Below, piece by piece: positions 47,061 through 56,530 of a DNA stretch of 64,000 nucleotides (its first letter is position 1; each line of letters starts with the position of its first letter). The position numbers and the translations under genes were made by a program. The stretch is from Candidatus Omnitrophota bacterium (GTDB lineage Bacteria > Omnitrophota > Gorgyraeia > Gygaellales > Gygaellaceae), in NCBI GenBank assembly GCA_018400015.1, contig JAGYNB010000004.1:7186-71185 (forward strand), read 5' to 3'. The notes under the pieces were generated by a model, which was not told where the DNA came from, made no database searches, and saw only the letters and a list, made by a program, of their open reading frames with translations.

Positions 47061-48044
47061 ATGATTAAAACTGTTACTTCATTTATAAAAAAACATTCTC
47101 TGATAAATAACAAAGACAAAATAATTATCGGTGTATCCGGAGGACCAGATTCAGTGTATCTACTGATTTTACTTGATTCTTTAAGAAAAAGTCTTTCTTT
47201 AGATCTTTTTGTTGCGCATGTTAATTATTCATTAAGGGCAGTTTCTGATAAAGATGCTTTGTTTGTCAGGCAGCTTTGTAAAGATTTTCAGGTTCCTTAT
47301 TATGAAAAGAAGCTAAAATGTACCAGACTTGGCAATTCATTAGAGCAGACCGCAAGAAATATTCGTTTTGATTATTTTTTGTCTTTGGCCAAGAGACTAA
47401 AAGCGAATAAGATTGCCTTAGGACATAATCTTGATGACCAGGCCGAAACAGTATTAATGAGGATTATTCGCGGTACCGGTCTTTATGGATTAAGCGCAAT
47501 TTTGCCAGATAGAAATTTCTCTAATGTGAGAGTTATTAGGCCGCTTCTTCTCATAAAAAAAAGTCAAATTATTAGTTATCTTATTAAGCATAAGATTAAG
47601 TATAGGCTTGATAAGACCAATAATCAGGAGTTATTTTTTAGAAATAAAATCCGCAATACTCTTTTGCCTTTATTGAAGGAATATAACCCCCGCATTGAAT
47701 ATGCTTTGATTAATTTATCCAATAATGCAAGTCTTGATTATGAATTAATCGATTCGTTTGCGCGCATTTCTTATAAAAGATTAGTAAAGAAAAAAACTGC
47801 CAACTGTTTATATTTTAAAACAGAGGATTTAATAAATATTCATGCAAGTTTATTGCGTATGATCGTTCGTTTTGCCTATCAAGATCTAAAAGGTGACCTA
47901 AGACGTTTTGATTATAGACATTTTGATGAAATAGAAGATCTGATCCTTTTAAGGCCGGATAATTCTATTGTTCATCTTCCTGCCAAAATCAGCGTACAAA
48001 AGCTTAAGAATAACCTTAAATTCTGCTTCAAGAAAGCTGTATAG
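47061..48044 (+). CDS. tilS: tRNA(Ile)-lysidine synthetase (short form)
   Basis: PP-loop SGGPDS, AHVNY, GHNLDDQAET, IRPLL, RNKIR. Confidence 0.95.
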   Translation: MIKTVTSFIKKHSLINNKDKIIIGVSGGPDSVYLLILLDSLRKSLSLDLFVAHVNYSLRAVSDKDALFVRQLCKDFQVPYYEKKLKCTRLGNSLEQTARNIRFDYFLSLAKRLKANKIALGHNLDDQAETVLMRIIRGTGLYGLSAILPDRNFSNVRVIRPLLLIKKSQIISYLIKHKIKYRLDKTNNQELFFRNKIRNTLLPLLKEYNPRIEYALINLSNNASLDYELIDSFARISYKRLVKKKTANCLYFKTEDLINIHASLLRMIVRFAYQDLKGDLRRFDYRHFDEIEDLILLRPDNSIVHLPAKISVQKLKNNLKFCFKKAV

Positions 48045-48060
48045 ACAAGAAAATAAACCC

Positions 48061-48088
48061 TTGATTTTATTAGCGGTTAGGATATAAT
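48061..48088 (+). promoter_or_regulatory. Sigma70 promoter of ftsH
   Basis: TTGATT-16 nt-TATAAT; SD AAGGAG before ATG 48122. Confidence 0.55.
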
Positions 48089-48121
48089 ACTATTTTGAAA
48101 TGTTATATAAAAAGGAGATAT

Positions 48122-50035
48122 ATGAATAATCAAGATTTTAAAGGAAAAAAGACTCCAAATAACAATAAAAAGAAGAATAATAATAGGCGTTGGAATACGG
48201 TTATTTGGGTTTTATTGGTTTTTGCGATCTTTTCACTCTTAAACTCGCAAAGCTTTAATGTTGCGGGAGTTGTGAAAGAATTGAAGTATTCTGAATTTTA
48301 TGCGCTTTTAGAGGAAAACTCCAGTTCAAGAAATATAGTGTCTTTATCCAAAACCGAGAATGTGTTATATGGAAGGTTTGCTGATGGTTCAAGATTTGTG
48401 GTTAATATTCCTGCAGAAGACAAAGATCTTATTCCATTGATAAGAAGTAATGTTGCTGAATTTGAGGTAAAGCCTCCAAGGACATTTTTGTTAAGTTTAT
48501 TATTTAATCTAGGTCCGATTTTATTATTGATTGGTTTTTGGTGGTTGATGGCTTCCAAAGGGGAGCAATTAGGCAATCGTATAATGGGTTTTGGTAAAGT
48601 CAGGTCGAAAAAGATTATTGAAAAAGGTGATGAGAAGGTAACTTTTAAGGATGTTGCTGGCGTGGACGAAGCAAAAGAAGAATTGCAGGAGGTAATAGAG
48701 TTTTTAAAAGATCCTATGAGGTTCCAGCGCTTGGGAGGTAAAATCCCTAAAGGTGTATTATTGGTGGGTCCTCCTGGATGCGGTAAAACTCTGATTGCCA
48801 AAGCAGTATCAGGTGAAGCCGGAGTGCCTTTTTTCAGTATAAGCGGATCTGATTTTGTAGAGATGTTTGTAGGTGTTGGAGCATCTCGTGTCAGGGATTT
48901 ATTCGATCAAGGTAGGCGTGCTGCCAAACTAAGTGGAAAAGGTGCAATTATATTTATTGATGAAATTGATGCTGTTGGCAGACTTCGTTTTTCCGGTATT
49001 GGAGGTGGCCATGACGAAAGAGAACAGACCCTTAATCAGCTCTTGGTGGAAATGGATGGATTTGATACTCAGATCGGTCTGATATTGGTTGCCGCTACGA
49101 ATAGACCGGATACCTTAGATCCAGCGCTTTTACGTCCCGGTAGGTTCGATAGGCATATCGTAGTAAATTTACCTGATATTTTAGGAAGAGAAGCTATTCT
49201 CAAAGTTCATTCAAGAAAAATAAAACTCGACACCAAAGTTGATTTTAAAATTATCGCCAGACAAACACCCGGTTTTTCAGGGGCAGATTTAGCAAATTTA
49301 TGTAATGAAGCTGCACTTTTGGCTGCGCGCAAAGATAAAGAGTCTGTTGGTCTTGTTGAGTTGGAAGCTGCGATTGAGCGTGTAATGATGGGACCAGAGA
49401 AAAAGTCACATGTAATGAGCAAGAAAGAAAAGGAAATTACTGCTTTTCATGAGTCAGGCCATGCGTTACTATCTTTATTGATTCCTGAAGTTGACCCGAT
49501 GAGGAAAGTTTCCATTATTCCTAGAGGTCTGGCCGGAGGCTACACTTTGACTCCGCCTGTTGAAGATAAACATTATTATAGCAAAAAAGAGTTGTTGGGT
49601 AGATTAACCGTCTCTTTGGGGGGTAGGGTTTCAGAAGAAATAACTTTTAAGGATGTTACTACTGGTGCTGCGAATGATTTGGAAAACGCAACCACTATTG
49701 CCAGGCGTATGGTTTGTGAGTTTGGTATGAGTGATGTACTTGGCAACGTTACACTTTCTTTAAAGCGGGGTCCGGTATTTTTAGGACGCGATTTGGCAGA
49801 AGAGAAAAACTACAGTAGCGACACGGCAAAAATTATTGATCAGGAAATCTCAAAGATCATTGATCAGTGTTATGATAGAGCCAAGAAGTTGCTCGAAGCC
49901 AATATCGATAAATTGAATAAATTGGCAGACACATTATTGGAAAAAGAGATTCTTGATAGCGACATCGTAAGAAAGTTATTGGATTTGCCAGAAGAAAAAA
50001 AACTTGAAACTAAAGAGTTGCCAGAAAAGAAATGA
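48122..50035 (+). CDS. ftsH: ATP-dependent zinc metalloprotease FtsH
   Basis: Two [31 protein letters not shown]; start set at ATG 48122. Confidence 0.98.
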   Translation: MNNQDFKGKKTPNNNKKKNNNRRWNTVIWVLLVFAIFSLLNSQSFNVAGVVKELKYSEFYALLEENSSSRNIVSLSKTENVLYGRFADGSRFVVNIPAEDKDLIPLIRSNVAEFEVKPPRTFLLSLLFNLGPILLLIGFWWLMASKGEQLGNRIMGFGKVRSKKIIEKGDEKVTFKDVAGVDEAKEELQEVIEFLKDPMRFQRLGGKIPKGVLLVGPPGCGKTLIAKAVSGEAGVPFFSISGSDFVEMFVGVGASRVRDLFDQGRRAAKLSGKGAIIFIDEIDAVGRLRFSGIGGGHDEREQTLNQLLVEMDGFDTQIGLILVAATNRPDTLDPALLRPGRFDRHIVVNLPDILGREAILKVHSRKIKLDTKVDFKIIARQTPGFSGADLANLCNEAALLAARKDKESVGLVELEAAIERVMMGPEKKSHVMSKKEKEITAFHESGHALLSLLIPEVDPMRKVSIIPRGLAGGYTLTPPVEDKHYYSKKELLGRLTVSLGGRVSEEITFKDVTTGAANDLENATTIARRMVCEFGMSDVLGNVTLSLKRGPVFLGRDLAEEKNYSSDTAKIIDQEISKIIDQCYDRAKKLLEANIDKLNKLADTLLEKEILDSDIVRKLLDLPEEKKLETKELPEKK

Positions 50036-50934
50036 TTGCAGTTTTAGAAAATAATTGTAACAAGACCGATAGAGTCCGCAGGCTTAGAAAGAAAATCAGT
50101 CCTGTTTCTATAATGGGAATTGTAAATATGACCCCTGATTCATTTTCCGGAGATGGTTTGTTTAAGGGTGGTACGGGAAGTGATTTTAGTAATAGTATAG
50201 ATATTGCTGTAAAAAATACCGTTAATTTAGTAAAAGAAGGCGCTAATATAATTGATGTTGGAGGTGAATCTACAAGGCCGGGTTCGCGCCCGGTAAGCGT
50301 AAAAGAAGAAATTAAACGCACGGCTACTTTAATAGAAGAGCTTTCTAAGATTATAAGAGTACCAATTTCAATCGATACATATAAATCAAAAGTCGCCGAA
50401 ACAGCTTTAAAAAAAGGCGCAACTATCGTTAATGATATCTCTGCGATGAGGTTTGATAAGAAAATGGCAGATGTAGTAAGAAATTATTCTGCCAGGGTAA
50501 TTTTAATGCATACTAAAGGAAGGCCATCGGTTATGCAGAGAAATCCAGTTTATAAAGATGTGATAAGCGAAATAATACTTTTTTTAAGAAAGCGTATTGA
50601 TTATGCGGTTAAAAAGGGAATTGATGTCAAAAAAATTATTATAGATCCAGGTATAGGTTTTGGTAAAACCTTAGAACACAACCTTACGATTATTAGAAGC
50701 TTGGCGGAATTAAAGAAAATAGGTCGGCCGATAATCATTGGTACGTCGCGAAAGTCTTTTATCGGTAAGGTTCTTAATTTAAGACCTGACGAAAGGATTT
50801 TTGGCAGTATAACCAGTGTAATTTTAGCATGTATAAACGGGGCGAATATTGTCCGGGTGCATGATGTGCGCCAGACCCGCCAATCAATTCTTTTAATGGA
50901 AAGGATTTTAAACCGTGCAGACACTAATAGCTAA
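50032..50934 (+). CDS. folP: Dihydropteroate synthase
   Basis: MGIVNMTPDSFSGDG, DVGGESTRPG, DPGIGFGK, SRKSFIG, VRVHDV. Confidence 0.96.
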   Translation: MIAVLENNCNKTDRVRRLRKKISPVSIMGIVNMTPDSFSGDGLFKGGTGSDFSNSIDIAVKNTVNLVKEGANIIDVGGESTRPGSRPVSVKEEIKRTATLIEELSKIIRVPISIDTYKSKVAETALKKGATIVNDISAMRFDKKMADVVRNYSARVILMHTKGRPSVMQRNPVYKDVISEIILFLRKRIDYAVKKGIDVKKIIIDPGIGFGKTLEHNLTIIRSLAELKKIGRPIIIGTSRKSFIGKVLNLRPDERIFGSITSVILACINGANIVRVHDVRQTRQSILLMERILNRADTNS

Positions 50935-51706
50935 TATTCTTAGTTTCTGGAAGCCAGCTTTTGAAATTATAATTCTTTGGGTTATAATTTATAATATTCT
51001 TTTGTTTTTTACGGGTACACGAGCGTTCCAAGTCGTAAGAGGATTAGTAATTATTATTATTATATTTTTTATCGCTCAGCAGTTTCAGCTGCAGACTTTG
51101 GAGTGGATTCTAACTAAATTATTTGCTATTTCGGTTATTGCAATTTTGATTATATTTCAACCGGAGATTCGCCGCGGCCTGGCGCGTTTAGGTCAAAGGC
51201 AGCTTTTTTCAATCGGGCTGAGAGAAAAAGAGGTAATTGAGATTTTAGAAAGGATAGTTGACGCAGTTGATTCTCTGGCGCAGAAAAGAATCGGTTGTAT
51301 TATTGCTATAGAGCGTGAAGCAAATCTAAAAATTTATATTGATAGCGGTATTTCACTTGATTGTTTGGTGTCGTCAGAACTTATCCAGACTATTTTTACA
51401 CCTTCAACTATTCTTCATGATGGTGCGATGATTATTCAGGGCAATCGCATAGTGGCCTCTGGTTGTCTTTTGCCTCTGACTGAAAGAACAGATATTGCTG
51501 CACACTTTGGTACAAGACACAGGGCTGCATTGGGTTTAAGTGAAGAGACAGATGCTTTGGTTGTTGTTACTTCAGAAGAAACAGGCGGGATTTCATTAGC
51601 GATTAATGGCCGTTTGATTACGGGCCTAAAGAAAGATGATTTATTTAGGCGTTTGAAGACTCATGTAACGCATTTGCATATTTTAGGAGGCAATGTTGAA
51701 ATTTAA
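50915..51706 (+). CDS. dacA: Diadenylate cyclase CdaA/DacA
   Basis: Three TM, IFQPEIRRGL, LHDGA, GTRHRAA. Confidence 0.95.
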   Translation: MQTLIANILSFWKPAFEIIILWVIIYNILLFFTGTRAFQVVRGLVIIIIIFFIAQQFQLQTLEWILTKLFAISVIAILIIFQPEIRRGLARLGQRQLFSIGLREKEVIEILERIVDAVDSLAQKRIGCIIAIEREANLKIYIDSGISLDCLVSSELIQTIFTPSTILHDGAMIIQGNRIVASGCLLPLTERTDIAAHFGTRHRAALGLSEETDALVVVTSEETGGISLAINGRLITGLKKDDLFRRLKTHVTHLHILGGNVEI

Positions 51707-51842
51707 ATTAGATAAGAAGAAAATAAAGAAAAACCTTAGTGCCTTTATCACAACCCACAAAGTTTTAAAGATAATTTCTTTAATTTTAGCAGCTATTCTT
51801 TGGGTTTACATAAGGCATGAGATAAATAAATATTCCTGGTAA
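51693..51842 (+). CDS. Mini-CdaR-like single-TM peptide (49 aa)
   Basis: SD AGGAGG; MLKFKLDKKKIKKNLSAFITTHKVLKIISLILAAILWVYIRHEINKYSW; the stop directly abuts the pdxJ ATG. Confidence 0.7.
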   Translation: MLKFKLDKKKIKKNLSAFITTHKVLKIISLILAAILWVYIRHEINKYSW

Positions 51843-52559
51843 ATGAATCTAGGCGTTAATATTGATCATATCGCAAGTTTGAGACAATTAAGGAAATCAA
51901 CCCGGCCTGATTTACTTTCGGCAGCAAAAATTGTAAAACAATCAGGGGCGGATTCGATTGTTGTGCATCTGCGCGAAGATAGAAGACATATTCAAGATCG
52001 TGATTTGTGGGCCTTGAGAAAAAAAATTAATGTAAAACTAAATCTCGAGATGTCTATCGCAAAGGAGATTGTTGATATAGCTTTAAAAGTTTTGCCCGAT
52101 CAGGTTACATTAGTACCCGAAAAGAGGAAAGAGCTTACTACGGAAGGTGGCCTGGATGTAGTAAAAAATAAAAAAAGATTATCTTCGGTTATAAAGAAGC
52201 TGAAGAAAAAGAACATATTGGTGAGTTTATTTATTGATCCTGAAGAAAGGCAAATAAAGACTTCGTGTGCTTTAGGGGCTGATGCGATAGAATTACATAC
52301 AGGAAGTTATGCAAATAGTAAAACTGTAATGCAGAGAAAAAACAGTTTGAAGAAAATAAATCAAGCAGTTTTAATTGCCGAAAAATTAGGCTTAATTGTA
52401 AATGCAGGTCACGGTCTTGATTATGACAATGTTAAAGCTATTGTTAACATCAAAGGGATAAATGAGCTTAATATAGGCTATTCGATTATTATAGAAAGCG
52501 TTTTTGTCGGTTTATCAACTGCTGTAAAGAAGATGAAATCTTTGATAAAAATAAAATGA
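51843..52559 (+). CDS. pdxJ: Pyridoxine 5'-phosphate synthase
   Basis: LGVNIDHIA, HLREDRRHI, LVPE..ELTTEGG, IELHTG, NAGHGL. Confidence 0.96.
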   Translation: MNLGVNIDHIASLRQLRKSTRPDLLSAAKIVKQSGADSIVVHLREDRRHIQDRDLWALRKKINVKLNLEMSIAKEIVDIALKVLPDQVTLVPEKRKELTTEGGLDVVKNKKRLSSVIKKLKKKNILVSLFIDPEERQIKTSCALGADAIELHTGSYANSKTVMQRKNSLKKINQAVLIAEKLGLIVNAGHGLDYDNVKAIVNIKGINELNIGYSIIIESVFVGLSTAVKKMKSLIKIK

Positions 52560-52903
52560 TAATCGGTAATGGTATTGATATAATTGAGGTCGCGCGCATA
52601 AAGGATATGTTTCAGCGTTGGGGGAGAGATTTCTTGAAACGTATATTTACGGATAAGGAAATTGAGATTGTTGAAAAAAGAAATTATTCTTTTGAGCATA
52701 TTGCAGGAAGATTTGCCGCAAAAGAAGCGGTGATGAAGGCATTTAGCTTAAAGGGGCTGGGTTTTCATGATATTGAAATAGTCAATGACGATAGAGGAAA
52801 GCCTTGTTGCAGTATGAATTCAAATGATTTAAAAATTAATCTATCCATATCACATACGAGAGATTATGGTGTTGCCAGCGCGATTATCGAGAAGAAAGCT
52901 TAA
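52556..52903 (+). CDS. acpS: Holo-ACP synthase
   Basis: GNGIDIIE, AGRFAAKEA, GKP, LSISH. Confidence 0.95.
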   Translation: MIIGNGIDIIEVARIKDMFQRWGRDFLKRIFTDKEIEIVEKRNYSFEHIAGRFAAKEAVMKAFSLKGLGFHDIEIVNDDRGKPCCSMNSNDLKINLSISHTRDYGVASAIIEKKA

Positions 52904-53720
52904 GTCCCATAAGGGTGATTTTGGGAAAATTCTTATTCTAGCAGGTTCATTGAAATATGTTGGCGCGGCTTTACTTTGTGCAAAAGCTTGTTTACGTAGC
53001 GGTGCGGGTCTTGTAACATTAGGTATTCCCAAGTCTCTTTATACCATATACGCTAAAAGAGTGGAGGAGCTTATTCTTTTTCCTTTAGAGGAAACAAAAG
53101 GGAAATCTTTAAGCTTGGTCGCCTTTAGGCAGGTTAAGGATCTGTTTAGAAAAATTGATTGTTTGATTATTGGTCCAGGATTAAGCGATAACGAATCTAC
53201 TAAAAAGCTTATTCTTAAAATTATTTCAAGTTATAAAGGGCCAATGGTGATAGATGCTGATGCGATTAACGCATTGAAAGGCAAAAGTTCTTTATTGAGA
53301 AAACTTGATAATAAATGCGTATTGACTCCGCATGTGGCAGAATTGGCTAGGATTATAAAAGAAGATCCATTAGATATATCAAAATCAAGAAAAAAATTTG
53401 CAAATGAGTTTATCTTAAAATATAATGTAGTACTTGTGTTGAAAGGATACGGTACTATAGTGGCTGATAGAAATTCTTTTTATTTAAATAAGACTGGAAA
53501 TCCCGGCATGGCAACTGCAGGAAGCGGTGATGTTTTAAGCGGTATAATAGGTGCTTTTATCGGTCAAGGCCTGGATAGTTTCTCGGCTGCAAAATATGCA
53601 GTTTATATTCATGGTGTTTCAGGTGATATTGCGGCAAAGAAAAAAACACAGCTTGGTTTAATCGCATCAGATTTAATTGAAAATATTCCAGTTGCTTTGA
53701 AAACTTCTTTGCCGGCGTAG
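52866..53720 (+). CDS. nnrD: ADP-dependent NAD(P)HX dehydratase (stand-alone)
   Basis: SHKGDFG, GAGLV, IGPGL, IDADA, LTPH..E, LKG, MATAGSGDVL. Confidence 0.93.
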   Translation: MVLPARLSRRKLKSHKGDFGKILILAGSLKYVGAALLCAKACLRSGAGLVTLGIPKSLYTIYAKRVEELILFPLEETKGKSLSLVAFRQVKDLFRKIDCLIIGPGLSDNESTKKLILKIISSYKGPMVIDADAINALKGKSSLLRKLDNKCVLTPHVAELARIIKEDPLDISKSRKKFANEFILKYNVVLVLKGYGTIVADRNSFYLNKTGNPGMATAGSGDVLSGIIGAFIGQGLDSFSAAKYAVYIHGVSGDIAAKKKTQLGLIASDLIENIPVALKTSLPA

Positions 53721-53783
53721 CTCAGTTGGTAGAGCAGCGGTTTTGTAAACCGCGGGTCGGGGGTTCGAAACCCTTCGCCGGCT
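53711..53783 (+). tRNA. tRNA-Thr(TGT)
   Basis: GCCGGCG/CGCCGGC acceptor; GCGGT-TTTGTAA-ACCGC; no encoded CCA. Confidence 0.95.
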
Positions 53784-53797
53784 TAAATTGAAATTAC

Positions 53798-53880
53798 GGG
53801 TAGGTACCCAAGTGGCCAAAGGGGGCAGACTGTAAATCTGCTGCACTTGTGCTTCAGAGGTTCGAATCCTCTCCTGCCCA
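53798..53880 (+). tRNA. tRNA-Tyr(GTA)
   Basis: GCAGA-CTGTAAA-TCTGC; long variable arm; T loop TTCGAAT; no encoded CCA. Confidence 0.95.
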
Positions 53881-53888
53881 TGAATTTC

Positions 53889-53959
53889 GCGGGAGTAGTT
53901 CAATGGTAGAACAATAGCCTTCCAAGCTATATACGGGGGTTCGATTCCCCTCTCCCGCT
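53889..53959 (+). tRNA. tRNA-Gly(TCC)
   Basis: GCGGGAG/CTCCCGC acceptor; ATAGC-CTTCCAA-GCTAT; U73; no encoded CCA. Confidence 0.95.
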
Positions 53960-53972
53960 AATAAGGGAAAAA

Positions 53973-54719
53973 ATGGAAAGAGAATTTCTAGAACCTGTTT
54001 TTATAGACGCTTTTGATTTAGATGATGCCTGGTTCCAGTGTCTTAATACGATTTTGGAAAAGGGGCATGTTTATACGATTACTAAAGGAAGCTATCAAGG
54101 GCAGCGGCGTTTAGAATTTGATTTAGCTACCATACGCGTAAAAAAGCCATCACATCAGATTATTCCAATCATACCTGAAGGAATGTCTATTCCATCGCCA
54201 ACCGATATGGATTATATTCAAGGATATCTAGCGTATCTATTGACCGGCAGTAAAACTGAAAGCGAAGATTATACTTATGGTGAGCGTTTAGTTGACCCTA
54301 AGATAAAGATAAAACAGAACGATTCTTCCAATATGGTTAAAGAAATGCCCTTAGAGGTAAATCAGGTAGAAGAGGTTATTAAATTATATAAAGAAAAAGG
54401 TCATGGCACTAACCAGGCAATAATGGAGATTGGTATGCCTTCAGATATAAAATTAGATGATCCGCCATGCCTGCGTTTAATTGATACGCGTATTCGTTAT
54501 GGTAAACTGCATTTTATATTATATTTTCGTTCTTGGGACCTTTGGGGAGGTTTTCCGTCCAATATGGGTGGTCTACAGCTTGTAAAACAGTACATGGCAG
54601 AGGAAATCGGCGTTGAAGACGGAGAGATGATCGCCTTAAGTAAAGGACTCCATCTTTATGAATATTCTTGGGAATTAGCCAAGACAAGGACTAAGAAAAC
54701 AGAACTTAATTTTGCCTGA
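53973..54719 (+). CDS. thyA: Thymidylate synthase, archaeal-type ThyA-like
   Basis: YTYGERL, NQ, catalytic PPCL, FRSWDL..GFPSN, LHLY. Confidence 0.8.
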   Translation: MEREFLEPVFIDAFDLDDAWFQCLNTILEKGHVYTITKGSYQGQRRLEFDLATIRVKKPSHQIIPIIPEGMSIPSPTDMDYIQGYLAYLLTGSKTESEDYTYGERLVDPKIKIKQNDSSNMVKEMPLEVNQVEEVIKLYKEKGHGTNQAIMEIGMPSDIKLDDPPCLRLIDTRIRYGKLHFILYFRSWDLWGGFPSNMGGLQLVKQYMAEEIGVEDGEMIALSKGLHLYEYSWELAKTRTKKTELNFA

Positions 54720-55717
54720 TGAGCATAAATAAAATTACAATTTTAGGTGATGGTGGATGGGGAACTGCTTTGGCGATTTTGTTATCTCAGAAAGGCTATT
54801 CAGTAAGTCTTTGGAGTGTTTCTAAAACTTACGCAAAATTTCTAGACCAATTTAGAATAAATAAGAAGTTTCTGCCGGGAGTGAAAATTCCGAAAGCGAT
54901 TGAAATAACTTCTGAATTTGGTTGTTTAGAAAAAAGCGATTTGATTATTTTTGCTGTACCTTCATTGTATTTAAGGTCAGTTTTAAAGAAACTTAAAGAT
55001 AGAAAACTTAAGAGTAAGATTTTTGTTAGTGTTGTAAAGGGAATTGAGGCAGGTTCTTTAAAAAGGATGTCCGAGGTTATTGAGGATGAATTAGGAAAGG
55101 TAAAATTAGCTGTTCTTTCCGGACCGACAATTGCCTATGAGGTCGCACGTAATATTCCTACAACTGCAGTTGTTGCATCAAAAAACTTTAACCTAACAAA
55201 AACATTGCAGCATGTTTTTACGACAAATAGATTTCGTGTTTATACGCATCGTGATGTAATCGGAGTTGAATTAGGAGGAAGCCTAAAGAATGTTATTGCT
55301 ATTGCGTGTGGGATTTCAGATGGACTTGGATTTGGCACAAATACTAAATCGGCGATTTTAGTAAGAGGTCTTGTTGAAATTGTTAGGTTAGGTAAAGCGT
55401 TAGGCGCAAAAGAAAAGACTTTTACCGGAATTAGCGGTTTTGGCGATTTAGCAACAACTTGTATAAGTACGCATAGCCGCAATAGATTTGTAGGCGAGGC
55501 ATTAGGCAAAGGCAAGAATATAAAAAGTATTATTGAGAATATGGATATGATCGCAGAAGGAGTTTATACTGTAAAGTCAGCATGTTCTTTAGCAGAGAAA
55601 AATAATATCGAGATGCCCATTGCCAAACAGGTGTATAATGTTATATATAAACACAAAACTGCGTCAAAGGCAGTGGATGAGTTAATGAGCCGAAAAAAGA
55701 AGTCTGAATTTAGTTGA
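54719..55717 (+). CDS. gpsA: NAD(P)H-dependent glycerol-3-phosphate dehydrogenase
   Basis: GDGGWGTALA, KGIE, SGP, GVELGGSLKNV, GFGDL.TC...SRN. Confidence 0.96.
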   Translation: MSINKITILGDGGWGTALAILLSQKGYSVSLWSVSKTYAKFLDQFRINKKFLPGVKIPKAIEITSEFGCLEKSDLIIFAVPSLYLRSVLKKLKDRKLKSKIFVSVVKGIEAGSLKRMSEVIEDELGKVKLAVLSGPTIAYEVARNIPTTAVVASKNFNLTKTLQHVFTTNRFRVYTHRDVIGVELGGSLKNVIAIACGISDGLGFGTNTKSAILVRGLVEIVRLGKALGAKEKTFTGISGFGDLATTCISTHSRNRFVGEALGKGKNIKSIIENMDMIAEGVYTVKSACSLAEKNNIEMPIAKQVYNVIYKHKTASKAVDELMSRKKKSEFS

Positions 55718-55726
55718 TCGATAATT

Positions 55727-55805
55727 CGGGGGATGGCGCAGTTTGGCTTAGCGCGTTTGAATGGGGTTCAAAAGGCCGCGGGTTCAAGTCCCGCTCCCCC
55801 GACCA
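55727..55805 (+). tRNA. tRNA-Pro(GGG)
   Basis: CGGGGGA/TCCCCCG acceptor; TTTGA-ATGGGGT-TCAAA; encoded CCA. Confidence 0.93.
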
Positions 55806-55818
55806 AAAGTAATTGTTT

Positions 55819-56181
55819 ATGAATGAGGGATTCGAAAGAAGACAAACGCCAAGGACAAAAGGAAAATTTATAGTTTCCTTTAAACGCGCTGGAGGGGTTG
55901 ATTCCGAAATTGATGTATCACAAAGCAAGAATATCAGCGGCGGCGGCATGCTTCTTTCATCGAATAGAAGTTTTGATAAAGGTACGGTCCTTTCTTTAAA
56001 AGTAAGGTTGCCGTTTAAGAATGAGCCGATAAGTTTTAATGGCAAAGTTTTGGAGTCTCAAGAAATAGTCAAAGGGCTTCATTACGACATTAGGTTAGAA
56101 TTTATTGATATGAACGAAAGCCAAAAACAGTGTTTGGCCGATACGCTTAAGCATTATTTAAAAGGAAAAAATGATGTCTGA
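55819..56181 (+). CDS. Stand-alone PilZ-domain protein (canonical motifs)
   Basis: ERRQTPR (RxxxR) and NISGGG (D/NxSxxG); start ATG 55819 or TTG 55813. Confidence 0.85.
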   Translation: MNEGFERRQTPRTKGKFIVSFKRAGGVDSEIDVSQSKNISGGGMLLSSNRSFDKGTVLSLKVRLPFKNEPISFNGKVLESQEIVKGLHYDIRLEFIDMNESQKQCLADTLKHYLKGKNDV

Positions 56182-56311
56182 TGAAGCAAAAAGAGAAACA
56201 CCCAGAGCACACGGAACATTTATTGTAACTTATAGAATTGCTTCTTTAGCTGATTCTGAAATTGATGTATCACAAAGCAAGAATATCGGCGGCGGCGGCA
56301 TGCTTCTTTCA
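55899..56311 (+). repeat. 61-nt near-identical direct repeat shared by the two PilZ genes (55899-55959 and 56251-56311)
   Basis: TGATTCYGAAATTGATGTATCACAAAGCAAGAATATCRGCGGCGGCGGCATGCTTCTTTCA; 2 mismatches by eye. Confidence 0.9.
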
Positions 56312-56530
56312 ACAAGTAAAAAACTTGAGCCAGGGGCTGTTCTTTCTTTGGAAGTGAGACTTCCTTCTGATAAGGATCCGATTCATTTCATGGGTGAAGT
56401 GTTAGATTCAAAAGAAGTAATCAAAGGACTCAGTTATGACACCCGTTTAAAATTTGTGAATATGGATGATAATCAAAAACAGATTCTTTTAAATACCCTT
56501 AACAATTATTTAAATACGGGGGATAAATGA
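56171..56530 (+). CDS. Stand-alone PilZ-domain protein (paralog, degenerate second motif)
   Basis: KRETPR and NIGGGG; clear paralog of the upstream gene. Confidence 0.85.
   Translation: MMSDEAKRETPRAHGTFIVTYRIASLADSEIDVSQSKNIGGGGMLLSTSKKLEPGAVLSLEVRLPSDKDPIHFMGEVLDSKEVIKGLSYDTRLKFVNMDDNQKQILLNTLNNYLNTGDK

Noticed and set aside
53673-53903. 76-aa minus-strand ORF
   Set aside because: It is the antisense of tRNA-Thr/Tyr/Gly.
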